This document shows positions 39,300-51,869 of a DNA stretch of 61,692 nucleotides, piece after piece; positions within the stretch are counted from its first letter, which is position 1; each line of letters starts with the position of its first letter. The translations under genes were made by a program, and so were the position numbers. Where the stretch lies: NCBI RefSeq assembly GCF_001194135.2, contig NC_068982.1:26116528-26178219 (forward strand), read 5' to 3'. The stretch comes from Octopus bimaculoides (taxonomy: Eukaryota). Under the pieces are notes generated by a model. The model was given only the letters and a program-made list of their open reading frames with translations. It ran no database searches and was not told the origin of the DNA.

Positions 39300-39951
39300 G
39301 AATAAATAAATAAATAGTTACCAGGGTAGCCAAAGTTCACTTAAGTGCCAAGGATGTTACAGCTTACTTATAATGGTAGAAGTCCCAGGGTTTAGTGAAA
39401 TGTTTTTGTATAACAGATAAATTAAGAAATGGAGTGAAACGCAGGTGTTATTCAAATGAAATGTAAGAAGACATTATCTCATCCTGTTCTCAGAGAATTC
39501 TCTTGTAAACACGTTTAAAGAACGCATTTATCGTTGCAAACATTGCCAAAAACATACCGTTAGTTCCTATAAGCAGTTTCTACCAATCTATAAAATTCGA
39601 CTTTTCACTGTCTTTTTACATTTCATTTCCACTACATATATCTATTTATACGCCTTTAAGTTTTATTTCCACTCATCTACCGCACTATATTTCCCCACTC
39701 GTAATCTTCTGTTAATTTCTTTCTCTCCCCGCCTTCTCTTTCTCTAAATTGCCTTTGACATTAAATCCATTAACGGTTTCTTAAAAATCACATTCGGTTA
39801 AAATGGCTTATTGATATGCTTTGTTTGTCTTTTTTCTCTGACGAGACGGTTACATTGTTTTACATTGTTTTATTCCCTCAGGGATAATACCAATGTTTTC
39901 TTCGAAACATATGTCGGAAGTATAAAGACTTGAATAACACCTGCGTTTAAC
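39300..39951 (+). mobile_element. PLE-like mini-element: inverted 3' tail (39300-39460), body and hammerhead
   Basis: Homologous to 54760-55310; perfect 19-bp inverted repeat at 39437-39455 and 39930-39948. Confidence 0.7.
39832..39921 (+). ncRNA. Type-I hammerhead motif with intact core
   Basis: TTTTCT-CTGACGA-stem II-GAAA-CATATG-TC-GGAAG; predicted cleavage after 39915 (GUC). Confidence 0.72.
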
Positions 39952-40353
39952 TTATGTATGTATGTATGTATGTATGTATGTATGTATGTATNNNNNNNNN
40001 NNNNNNNNNNNNNNNNNNNNNNNNNNNNNNNNNNNNNNNNNNNNNNNNNNNNNNNNNNNNNNNNNNNNNNNNNNNNNNNNNNNNNNNNNNNNNNNNNNNN
40101 NNNNNNNNNNNNNNNNNNNNNNNNNNNNNNNNNNNNNNNNNNNNNNNNNNNNNNNNNNNNNNNNNNNNNNNNNNNNNNNNNNNNNNNNNNNNNNNNNNNN
40201 NNNNNNNNNNNNNNNNNNNNNNNNNNNNNNNNNNNNNNNNNNNNNNNNNNNNNNNNNNNNNNNNNNNNNNNNNNNNNNNNNNNNNNNNNNNNNNNNNNNN
40301 NNNNNNNNNNNNNNNNNNNNNNNNNNNNTATATATATATATATATATATATAT

Positions 40354-40404
<51 letters not shown>

Positions 40405-40409
40405 TTTTT

Positions 40410-42585
40410 TATCTTTTATCTTTTATGGGTATCAGCCAGCTAGGCCATACTGGTGCACCGCCTTTTCTGTGTCCAGGGATTTTTCTAGTATTGCTTCTGG
40501 TGAAGTAGCGAGTTGGACGCTACCGCTCTTCTTTGTGCCTCATGCTGCACTGTGGGTTCGTCATGAATTGTAGATAAAAAAAGCTGTCTCTTGAATACCA
40601 GGATATTACAATATTGAATACCAGGATATTACAATATTGGGTTCGTATCTTCAATGGGGAGGATGGGTCCTTTGGTACTGTGCAGTGCCGTCCAGTTCGG
40701 GGATTGTTGTAAATTTCGATTCCGAAATTTGGAGCTAGACCATCCATTATCTTCCACACGTATAGCACTGCATATCTCTCACGTCTCCTCTCCAGGGAAT
40801 AGAGTCCCAGCTCCCTTAATCTCTCCCAGCAGTTCATGCGTTTTACTGAGTCTATCTTCTTTGTGAAGTGGTGTTGGATCACTTCTAGTTCCGCAATTAG
40901 TTTTACACTCTGTGGAGACCACAGTTGGGAGCAGAGTCCAGACGACTGAGGACAAAGGTTCTCCAAAGCAGAAGCATGTGTCTCTGTTCCTGGTCCTGAA
41001 GGATCTAAGGATGCAACCTGCCACCCGCCTGCATAGTGTTGCCATCCGCACAATGTGCTCATGGAAAGTTGCGTCGTTGCTCATGTGGATTCGCAGGTCA
41101 CGCACCGATTCTAACTCTGAGATTACATTGCCTGCTGGTCCCGTGTACTTTAGCTGTAGTTTGTTGGTGGGCTGATAGCAGAGAGTTTGAAATTTTGGGT
41201 CATTAAACTGCATATTATTCTCATCAGGCCATTTATATATTGCAATCAGGTCATTCTGCAGTCTTAGGATGTCAGTAGGATCCTTAACTGTCCGCGGTAC
41301 TTTTGTATCATTGGCGTAGCTGGTGAGTGTGGCTGACTCTATGGCTTAGGGCATGTCCGAGAGAGCAACCACAAACAGTAGTGGACCCAGCTCCGTTCCC
41401 TGGGGGACTCCACTGAGGATTGGTGCCACTTCAGAGAGAGAGTACCATTTACTGTGACAGCCTGACTTAGGAAATCATTCAGCCACTCTCCCAGTCTACC
41501 AGCGTTACCGTGGTCATGCAGTTTGTGGCATACCATCCCATGATCGACTTTGTGAAACGCCTTGGCAAAGTTGAGATATATCACATCTACATTTGAATGG
41601 TTGAACTGTTGTTTTAGTACCCAGTCGAAGTGCTGTAGTAGCTGTTTAAGCAGCCTCGTCTAGGACGGAAACCATGTTGCGTGTCTGTAAGCAAGTCATT
41701 TTCCTCTAGGAACGTGGTCAGTCTTTTCTGACAATGCGTTCCATGATCACGCTGACATGTGAGGTCAGAGAGATAGGTTTGTAGTTTATAGCATCTACTC
41801 TACTTCCTCCTTTGTGGGCAAGGCAGATTATTTCTTCTTTTAATGTTTGAGGACATGTATGGCATTCTTAGGAACTCTAGAAAAGCATTTGCAGTGATTT
41901 TGCAAGAGCCTTCTTGTATGATTATAACAGAATTGTTGAGAGTCCATCAGAGCCTGTAGCAGAGTTTAGGTTTATCTCATCAATGGCCTACGATACATCC
42001 TCTTCTGTAATGCCAATGTAATTGATGGTCGCCTTTTTCTCTTGTAGATTAGAGGTGTTGAAGAACTCATCAGTTCTGCTTATTTTCATGTTTTCTAGTG
42101 GGGAGGTAAAAACACTTTGGAGCTTCACTTATCCTCTTGGGAGTCTGCAGTCAGTGAGCCCTTTTCATCAAACAGTGGCTTTATCCTGTATCGCACTGAG
42201 ACAGACTCTTTTGCGAACTTGCAGAAGGTTTTAAGGTGGCTTTTTATATTTTCCACCGTTCTGGCTTCCCTCTTTACCTTTTATATTTCATGGGAGTGTC
42301 TGATTTTATTCTTAGTCTCTAGGAGCGACATTTTGAGATAGGGTTTTTGCTGTCATTAGGCTCCTTATTTAAGCGATTCGTGATCATTATCCTCCGTCTC
42401 ATTAAGATTCTTCTATCTCGGGGAATAATGTTCTTGTGTTTGGTGGCTTTTGTTCTCTGGTACAAACTTAATGCATATGGCTCGGATAATCGGCATGAAT
42501 TTATTGAATTTCATGTTAGTTTCTTGCATGGACAGACTTTAAGCCAGTTTTGGTGGAGTATCTCTTTGTTGATGGACTTCCAGTC
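40410..42585 (-). mobile_element. CR1-clade LINE, longest copy (tether, RT, 3' UTR tail), pseudogenised
   Basis: NFAKAFHKVDHGMVCHKL, YANDTKV, VRDLRIHMS, CILRSFRTR and WERLRELGLYSLERRRERY motifs; tail aaaaggcggtgcaccagtatggcc..taaaagat; 23-bp tandem duplication at 40591-40636. Confidence 0.92.
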
Positions 42586-42606
42586 AGCTTTCCCCCTCTC
42601 TTTCTT

Positions 42607-42661
<55 letters not shown>

Positions 42662-43479
42662 NNNNNNNNNNNNNNNNNNNNNNNNNNNNNNNNNNNNNNN
42701 NNNNNNNNNNNNNNNNNNNNNNNNNNNNNNNNNNNNNNNNNNNNNNNNNNNNNNNNNNNNNNNNNNNNNNNNNNNNNNNNNNNNNNNNNNNNNNNNNNNN
42801 NNNNNNNNNNNNNNNNNNNNNNNNNNNNNNNNNNNNNNNNNNNNNNNNNNNNNNNNNNNNNNNNNNNNNNNNNNNNNNNNNNNNNNNNNNNNNNNNNNNN
42901 NNNNNNNNNNNNNNNNNNNNNNNNNNNNNNNNNNNNNNNNNNNNNNNNNNNNNNNNNNNNNNNNNNNNNNNNNNNNNNNNNNNNNNNNNNNNNNNNNNNN
43001 NNNNNNNNNNNNNNNNNNNNNNNNNNNNNNNNNNNNNNNNNNNNNNNNNNNNNNNNNNNNNNNNNNNNNNNNNNNNNNNNNNNNNNNNNNNNNNNNNNNN
43101 NNNNNNNNNNNNNNNNNNNNNNNNNNNNNNNNNNNNNNNNNNNNNNNNNNNNNNNNNNNNNNNNNNNNNNNNNNNNNNNNNNNNNNNNNNNNNNNNNNNN
43201 NNNNNNNNNNNNNNNNNNNNNNNNNNNNNNNNNNNNNNNNNNNNNNNNNNNNNNNNNNNNNNNNNNNNNNNNNNNNNNNNNNNNNNNNNNNNNNNNNNNN
43301 NNNNNNNNNNNNNNNNNNNNNNNNNNNNNNNNNNNNNNNNNNNNNNNNNNNNNNNNNNNNNNNNNNNNNNNNNNNNNNNNNNNNNNNNNNNNNNNNNNNN
43401 NNNNNNNNNNNNNNNNNNNNNNNNNNNNNNNNNNNNNNNNNNNNNNNNNNNNNNNNNNNNNNNNNNNNNNNNNNNNNGT

Positions 43480-43695
43480 GTGTGTGTGTGTCTGTCTGTT
43501 TGTACCCGCGTCATCGCTTGACAACCGATGGTGGTGTGTTTACGTCCCCGTAACTTAGCGGTTCGGCGGAAAAGACCGATAAAATAAGTAATAGGCTTAC
43601 AAAGAATAAGTCCTGAGGTCGATTTGCTCGACTAAAGGCGGTGCTCCAGCATGGCCGCAGTCAAATGACTGAAACGATTAAAAGAATAAAAGAAT
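43480..43695 (+). mobile_element. SINE family B, 3' half (after the internal GT repeat)
   Basis: gtttacgtccccgtaacttagcggttcggc...taaaggcggtgctccagcatggccgcagtcaaatgactgaaac. Confidence 0.88.
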
Positions 43696-43732
43696 ATATA
43701 AATGCATATTGATATATATATATATATATATA

Positions 43733-44023
43733 TATAATACAGTGTACATTTAAAACACATCAGAGATGCCTCTAATAGGACATCTAACCCGCTAGAAAGA
43801 GCAGCCAGAACTCTATACCACAATTAGGGATAATTTCGAAAGGGAATGAAAAATTAAAACATTTACCAATCTATTTTTCGAACCAGGTTTTAGCAAAAAT
43901 AAAATAGTTTGCAAGATCAACTATCATCAGCGGAGTATATAGTCTATTGACTAATTTTTTTTTCTCGCTAGACTACTGGTAGTAAATAGAATTTCTGAAA
44001 ACTTTTTGCTACCCTGAGATTTA

Positions 44024-44030
<7 letters not shown>
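43733..44030. mobile_element. MITE with long TIRs (left TIR missing); sister of 56718-56948
   Basis: Shares the internal aatacagtgtacatttaaaacacatcag sequence; right ~95 bp is the reverse complement of 56718-56810. Confidence 0.78.
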
Positions 44031-44057
<27 letters not shown>

Positions 44058-45922
44058 TAGGAAAATGCTTCGAGGTGTGCGGACAATATTCGAACTGACT
44101 TGGTGCTTCAACTTAAATACGTAATTCAACTGAATCTCAATTATTTCTCATATATATATATATATATACATACATATTTGTGTGTATGAGCTAAATATTT
44201 AGGCTTAAAGCACAGTAGAATATATTAAGGCGAGTTAAAAAAACTTTTACGCAAGTAACTGTAAATACAAGCACTCAAGTTAAACACCCACACATAGGAG
44301 TGAGCAGCCGCCAGCTAAGTGAGTTAAGGACATTCTTTGGCACTGATCGCTTTCCTCTACAACCAACTTCCGCAAGTAGTTTTTCGAAAATTCCCCTTGT
44401 GTAATTTTGGTCATAGGCGTAATCCCATAGCTTTCGAGAAAACGCTTACTCAGACGTCAATCATCCCTTAAGCATCTAGAGGCTTCTGGTATTTGTATAC
44501 CAATCTCCGATCGAAGCAGTACAATATTCAATACGCCTTCTGTTAAAGTTATCATTAGATTAAGCAGGCTATTGTTCTGTATTTCGTTTATATATCAGGT
44601 ATCCCGTGAGGCTTGAGCCGCCTCACGAGGATCTGTTTTCTTTCCGGGTTTAATCAGTCTTTACGTAGCTTTTTCCTATTTCTCCAGTCTACTTCTTTTC
44701 TCTACCACTGCAAAACAACAAAGAAGTTGTGTTGTCACTATAACCTCTGGCCAACTTTGTAACCGAAAAGTAAGAAACTCTTTCAGTTTAAAGTCGATGT
44801 CGGCCTCTAGAGCTGGAGGCACTTAGAATGAGCCGATTTAGCTTGTTTCCATCCCAGATAATACCGGATCTGCGAACAGGAGTGCAGTGGTTTTGCTAAC
44901 GTTAACTGTCCCACTTTTTTCTGCGTACTGTAAAAACATTATATGCGCATAAATATATGGCACACCAGCCTCTATCTGTCTCCCTTTCTTGTACGTTTTG
45001 TATTTTCTTACTTCACATCTCTATGTGTCTGAATTCGAAGTCCTCTCTTTATGCTTGATTAATTATTCACCAGCTCATTTGTTTAGATTACTACAAACAC
45101 TGCTGTAAGTACCTCTTTCTGTCATTTCTGAAGGGGTCATTTTACAACGCGTATAAATATTGAGTGACAATTTGTCAAAATTTCTATATTGCTTATGAAT
45201 GTCTAAAGTCAGGCTTTTCCTCTACTTAGTATATTGGGGTAGGTGTTCAAGTATACTGAAGTCCATTATGCTAAAAAAAAAAAAAAAAGAAACATACACG
45301 CTCAAAACTTCTTTCTCATACCAGGAAGAAATGTACGCGTAGATCTCTGAAACGAGATAATTTACAGGAAACAACAATAAAAACGATTTGTAAATTTGAC
45401 ACTACGCCACAGATTTGAGGAGAGGGAGATCGAATCGAAGCTAAGTTTCGACTTGTGGTTAATTGAATTGTTATCAACTGCAAAATGTTGAACTCCAAAA
45501 AAAAAAAAAAAAAAGGAAAACATTTAGAGGTATCTCATCTCGAACGAAACCTCAAATATTAAGTAATGAAAATATTGAAACCCTTGTTCCAATAAAAGAA
45601 ACCGTTATTATAACTTATCATTATGCAGTTGCTTTTCGTTTTTTTGTTTTCATTTTCTATGATGTATAAAGTACCAGCTGAACACGAGTCTCGATGTAAC
45701 CTTTTGGCCTCTTCCCTACAAGTTTCAGGCTTCGTGTCTAAGGTAGAAAAAAATATTATGTTTTGCATTATTTAAAATATTTGTACAAGCTGTACCTAAG
45801 TCTCAACTAAAAACGTCATGGAACTACAAGATTTTGCATCGAAAAATGGTAACAACTGAGGTACCATGCAGCTGAAAAAAATTGATATCTGTGTATAAAA
45901 GAATATTTATAAAATTTATAAG

Positions 45923-46140
45923 GCGGTAAGTTGACAGAATCACCAGCGAGGCGAATAAAATTCTTTGTGGAATCACTTTCGTTTCTTTAAGTTTTGAGTT
46001 CAGATTCCTCCGAAGTCGGCTTTGCATTTAATCCTTTTGTAGTCGATAAAATAGATTCCAGTTGAACACTGGATGTTATTGACTTATCACATTCCCTGAA
46101 ACTTGCTAGTTCTATGCCAAAAGTTTTGAAACAATTATCA
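45923..46140 (+). mobile_element. SINE family A, full length
   Basis: ggcggtaagttgacagaatc head, gagttcagattcc B-box, tttaatccttttgtagtcgataaaat domain, attatcatt tail. Confidence 0.82.
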
Positions 46141-46172
46141 TTTTTGATATTGCTGTTGTTCATGCTACAATG

Positions 46173-46470
46173 AAAGCGTGTGGCTCAGTGGTTAGGGGTA
46201 TTCGGCTCACAATACTAACGTCATGAGTTCTATGCCCGTCAGCACGTTGTATCCTTGAACAACACACTTTATTTCATTTTGCTCCAGTCCACGCAGTTGG
46301 CAAAAATGAGTTGTACCTGTAATACAAAGGGCCAGCCTTGTCATTCTGAATCTCCCTGAAAGCGATGTTAATAGTACGCGTGTCCGTGGAATGCTCAGCC
46401 ACGTGCACGTTAATTTCACGAGCAGGCTGTTCCATCGATCGGATCAACTGGCAACTTCTTCGTGATAACC
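46173..46470 (+). mobile_element. SINE family C (CORE-like), full length
   Basis: gtggctcagtggttagg A-box; gttgtatccttgaacaacacactttatttca..gctccagtccac domain. Confidence 0.8.
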
Positions 46471-47129
46471 TACGGAGTACTAATTAATCCTACAACTATA
46501 ACTCTTGTTGCTGTTGTCTACTATGAAGAGACGCCTGTAATATATTTCAAGGAAGATTTGAATTTCACCCAGTTTCATTTTAAGAAAAATAGATTTAAGA
46601 TTTATTTTATGAGCAAAGAGCTGTTAGCTCAGGGTGGAAAAATAAGATTTGTCGTAGACGCTTAATATATTTTGCACTGTTTATACGTAATTTAAGTCGA
46701 TTTCTCTGGAGAGTCAAAAAGAGATGATAGCCAAAATTGTAACAAGAGATATGATCATAATAAAGATTTTGATTTAAAAAAAATCACATTAAAAACATAT
46801 CATGACAGTTAAAAAAGAATTTGGAAGAAGTCCGTGTGTCTTGTGTGACGCGATGGACGAGAATGAGTCAAGGTGACAAGTGAAGCTGGTATTCCACCCA
46901 CCAACACACAAGCTGGTATTGCTTAATAAGGGGAAACGAAATACAAAAGTCACGAATAGATTACGTTGATATAGACGTTACGCATCGGCTCATCATCACT
47001 TTTGCGGTGGAAATCAGATAGGATCTGCATTAACTTGCTGTTCCTGGTGAACCCCGAAGACTATAAAATAATATTGGAAGTGTACCGTTTTGAGCCTATG
47101 TAAATATGTATGTAAGTGCATATACATAT

Positions 47130-47297
47130 ATATCAAGATATACATGTTTCCGTACGCTTTCCTCCTCCATCAAATTCCACTCACAAGACATAGGTCAATC
47201 CGGTGCTATGATAGAAAACACTTGTGCAAGATGCTGCGTAGTGGGACAGAATACAGAAGCACAAAATGGTGAAGTGAACTTCTAAACCACTCAGCAA
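47130..47297 (-). mobile_element. SINE family B, 5' half, decayed
   Basis: aaattccactcacaag..tatgatagaaaacacttgtgcaagatgc..gtagtgggac. Confidence 0.7.
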
Positions 47298-47879
47298 TAC
47301 CGTTTGCCAACCTGCTGTACTCTGGAGCAAGAAGTAATCTGCTCGTTATTCAGGAAATGACCCTACGGGTGTTTGTCTTCGGCTCCTAACGTTGGTAACC
47401 CTTCTTCGCCACCCAAAACCTATCAAAGTTACCTAATATTCTTATACTTTGAGGTCATTATCTGTACAAAAAATTGCCAAGAAATTACTATGACAAAGGA
47501 AGTAATTGCTTCAGGCGGCAGGAAGCTAGACTGGTTAGTTTGTTTATAGAATTTAGATGAGTATTTCCTTGTCTTTTGTTCAGATACTTCCGGACAGTAG
47601 AGAAGCAATGTCCGGTCATGAGTTCAGTTCCCTTGCTGGCACTTCGTTTTCTTTATTTCTTTATTTCGCATTTAATTTGATAGGTGCAAGCATGGAAAAA
47701 CGGTTAGAAAGTTCGATTAGTTATCATAGGCTTCTTGCTTCATTTTTCAGTCCTCGGCAGCTTGGTCGCCTCCCAGTGTAGGCCTGTATTCATTCAATGA
47801 TTGTGAGTGAAAATACCGAATGCGGCATATGTATTTGCCCATTTTTCATTTTATCATAAAATAAAATGTTTTAAGTTTT

Positions 47880-48160
47880 AGTAAATGAAAATCTATAGGT
47901 TGAATGTTATATTTATTGACAATATTATATATATATTTACAATTCAAACTGTCCACCATTTGCTTTCACCCCAACCCTTAGTTCTTAATCCCAGCCATTT
48001 TCATCTCACAATTGTTTATACCAGCCATTTTCAATGCTACAATTTGTTCACATTTTGTTTGAACTGCCATAATTAATTGAGGCTACACTATAATACAAAG
48101 GATTGTTAGGAAGCGTGAGAGAACATTTGCAATTATTTCTAAAAATAAGAATGTTTTAAT
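47880..48160 (-). mobile_element. Possible Tc1-like N-terminal remnant or MITE
   Basis: Reverse frame reads MAVQTKCEQIVALKMAG. Confidence 0.3.
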
Positions 48161-49329
48161 TTATGTTTGAAAAATGGGTAAGTAATGAGTAAATGTATAA
48201 GTCGCCCTCGGAAGATAGAGAGAGACTGTGCAAGCAAGACGGATGGACTGCACGTTCTCATACATATTTTCTCGATGATTCTCACTGTGAATTACGTTAA
48301 GGGAACCTGTATCCGTGGAATATTCAGCCACTTCAATACTGCAGTTGATGGATGTCATCTTTGCCTACAGATTTCAAACGACCTAATTACTGAGTCACTG
48401 CATTTATGATGGTGAAGAAAAATTCTGTAACTGTTTGATCTTTTATGCATCACCTCTTCTCATTTCCAAATGTGATTGGAATCTTATCGACCTCTCTGTT
48501 AAAATATTCTGCAGCCATATACCTGTCCCTTCGTCTCGAATAACATTTATTGTTTGGTCCTTAATCTGCATTCCAAATTATTGAAAACTTTAACTTCACT
48601 TCTGCCTGTTTCATCCACTGCAGAGTGTTATGGCAAAAATTGTGGACAATCGGTCTCTTAAACACATTTGTAATATGTCGCGAAGTTTGTACGTAACAAA
48701 GTTGATGAGTGTGGCAGAAGTGAAGTAAAGTTTTAAAGAAATTGATACATAGGTTGTAGGTCGAAAAATACTTGGCATTTGGATGACAAGGTACATATGG
48801 AATTTGTGACGAAAGTATAAGTTACTTGGTTATGTATGGCTGTGGCCAGCTAGGAATATTTTAAGTCATAAAGATTCCACAGGTAATACGAGAAAGATCG
48901 AATGGCTATAGAATCAGAGTACTAAACGGAATTTACAGAAACATATGCACTTTAACAGTGGGGTGAATGGCAATATGATAAGTAAAACAGATGAATTCTT
49001 GTGCGTCTAACAGTAGGACTGTACTGGTATGACTGACACAGAATTCGGTGGTAGGGGAGTTCAATATTTCAATTTACGTGGCCTCTCTGTACCCTACATT
49101 CCTGCAAACGCAAGAAGCGATTTATAATCACGCTTGGAACTGTCTCTTCCACGTGCCTATAAAATCAATTGTTTTCGCAATTATTTTCCCCAAGTATTCC
49201 TTTTCGTCCACAAAATATTAACAAATACCATCTTCACCCCACTGCTCTCCTCACGCCTTGCACTTTCTTCTCTACTAAAACAATGCATATATGCAAAAAT
49301 ATTTATTTTTCACTCATAGATGTGTTAAT

Positions 49330-49620
49330 GAGGTTGCATATGTTGATAGGCACGTAAACACTCCTATGTCTGCCTGTTCAGCTCATCACATTCCTCCCTA
49401 CCCAACTTCAAATCTGTCACTCTGGACACTGATCCACTATCAATGCTTCAACCCTTGCCTCTTCCTCTTCCCCATTTTAAGGCATGTATTCCTAAAAACA
49501 CTCCTAGATCAGTTCCACTCCTCATGACAGCCGATCTTTTTGACACTCAACAAACTCCCCTTTGAATTTACTATACCAGTCACTGTTTAACTCATCACTT
49601 CCCTCCACACTTCTGTCCAA
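49330..49620 (-). mobile_element. Decayed RTE-like LINE 3' end
   Basis: Reverse frame GRGRGKG*..V..DL.LGREEC...R..* resembles the RTE C-terminal GRPRKTW..DL..DR..WR motif. Confidence 0.35.
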
Positions 49621-51869
49621 TGACCTACAATCTACACCCTTATACAATTATACCCCTTGCTCCCGAGTCAATAATTTTTTTGAAAACATTACGTAAAGTA
49701 TGTATGTATGAATGTATATATGTATATATACATGCATATNNNNNNNNNNNNNNNNNNNNNNNNNNNNNNNNNNNNNNNNNNNNNNNNNNNNNNNNNNNNN
49801 NNNNNNNNNNNNNNNNNNNNNNNNNNNNNNNNNNNNNNNNNNNNNNNNNNNNNNNNNNNNNNNNNNNNNNNNNNNNNNNNNNNNNNNNNNNNNNNNNNNN
49901 NNNNNNNNNNNNNNNNNNNNNNNNNNNNNNNNNNNNNNNNNNNNNNNNNNNNNNNNNNNNNNNNNNNNNNNNNNNNNNNNNNNNNNNNNNNNNNNNNNNN
50001 NNNNNNNNNNNNNNNNNNNNNNNNNNNNNNNNNNNNNNNNNNNNNNNNNNNNNNNNNNNNNNNNNNNNNNNNNNNNNNNNNNNNNNNNNNNNNNNNNNNN
50101 NNNNNNNNNNNNNNNNNNNNNNNNNNNNNNNNNNNNNNNNNNNNNNNNNNNNNNNNNNNNNNNNNNNNNNNNNNNNNNNNNNNNNNNNNNNNNNNNNNNN
50201 NNNNNNNNNNNNNNNNNNNNNNNNNNNNNNNNNNNNNNNNNNNNNNNNNNNNNNNNNNNNNNNNNNNNNNNNNNNNNNNNNNNNNNNNNNNNNNNNNNNN
50301 NNNNNNNNNNNNNNNNNNNNNNNNNNNNNNNNNNNNNNNNNNNNNNNNNNNNNNNNNNNNNNNNNNNNNNNNNNNNNNNNNNNNNNNNNNNNNNNNNNNN
50401 NNNNNNNNNNNNNNNNNNNNNNNNNNNNNNNNNNNNNNNNNNNTGTCCTGTTAGGGGTCACCTCTTTTGTGTATAAATGTACACTAATTTTATGCATCCA
50501 TATATATATTTATATATATGTGTGTGTGCAAATATGTGTATGTATATATGTATATTTACCTACGTATATATATATATATATATATATATATCTGTATATA
50601 TATCTACACGTATATATGTATGTGTTGTATCGCACGTTCGATGTACGATGTAACGAGATAATAATAAGGTCCTCGCAAATCGTTCTACTCAAGATACTGG
50701 TAATAACCCTCGAAAATACGCAACCCTAGGCATATATTTATATTTATGAATTTTTATGTGTTAATAAATTTTTATGTTTATGAATTTTTATATATTTATA
50801 AATTTTTGTGTATATGTATGTATTTAAAAAATTTTAGAAATTCTTTACATATCATATAGATGAATGCATCTATGGATATTTTTGTATACGACGGAGAATT
50901 TTGCTAATATGGATTGAAGGAATATATACATCGTCCTTTGGATTTGTTTTCTCTCCTCTATAATTTTATATGTATGTATATATTTATATATATATTTGTA
51001 TATGTATATGTATATATATATATANNNNNNNNNNNNNNNNNNNNNNNNNNNNNNNNNNNNNNNNNNNNNNNNNNNNNNNNNNNNNNNNNNNNNNNNNNNN
51101 NNNNNNNNNNNNNNNNNNNNNNNNNNNNNNNNNNNNNNNNNNNNNNNNNNNNNNNNNNNNNNNNNNNNNNNNNNNNNNNNNNNNNNNNNNNNNNNNNNNN
51201 NNNNNNNNNNNNNNNNNNNNNNNNNNNNNNNNNNNNNNNNNNNNNNNNNNNNNNNNNNNNNNNNNNNNNNNNNNNNNNNNNNNNNNNNNNNNNNNNNNNN
51301 NNNNNNNNNNNNNNNNNNNNNNNNNNNNNNNNNNNNNNNNNNNNNNNNNNNNNNNNNNNNNNNNNNNNNNNNNNNNNNNNNNNNNNNNNNNNNNNNNNNN
51401 NNNNNNNNNNNNNNNNNNNNNNNNNNNNNNNNNNNNNNNNNNNNNNNNNNNNNNNNNNNNNNNNNNNNNNNNNNNNNNNNNNNNNNNNNNNNNNNNNNNN
51501 NNNNNNNNNNNNNNNNNNNNNNNNNNNNNNNNNNNNNNNNNNNNNNNNNNNNNNNNNNNNNNNNNNNNNNNNNNNNNNNNNNNNNNNNNNNNNNNNNNNN
51601 NNNNNNNNNNNNNNNNNNNNNNNNNNNNNNNNNNNNNNNNNNNNNNNNNNNNNNNNNNNNNNNNNNNNNNNNNNNNNNNNNNNNNNNNNNNNNNNNNNNN
51701 NNNNNNNNNNNNNNNNNNNNNNNNNNNNNNNNNNNNNNNNNNNNNNNNNNNNNNNNNNNNNNNNNNNNNNNNNNNNNNNNNNNNNNNNNNNNNNNNNNNN
51801 NNNNNNNNNNNNNNNNNNNNNNNNNNNNNNNNNNNNNNNNNNNNNNNNNNNNNNTATATATATATACAT

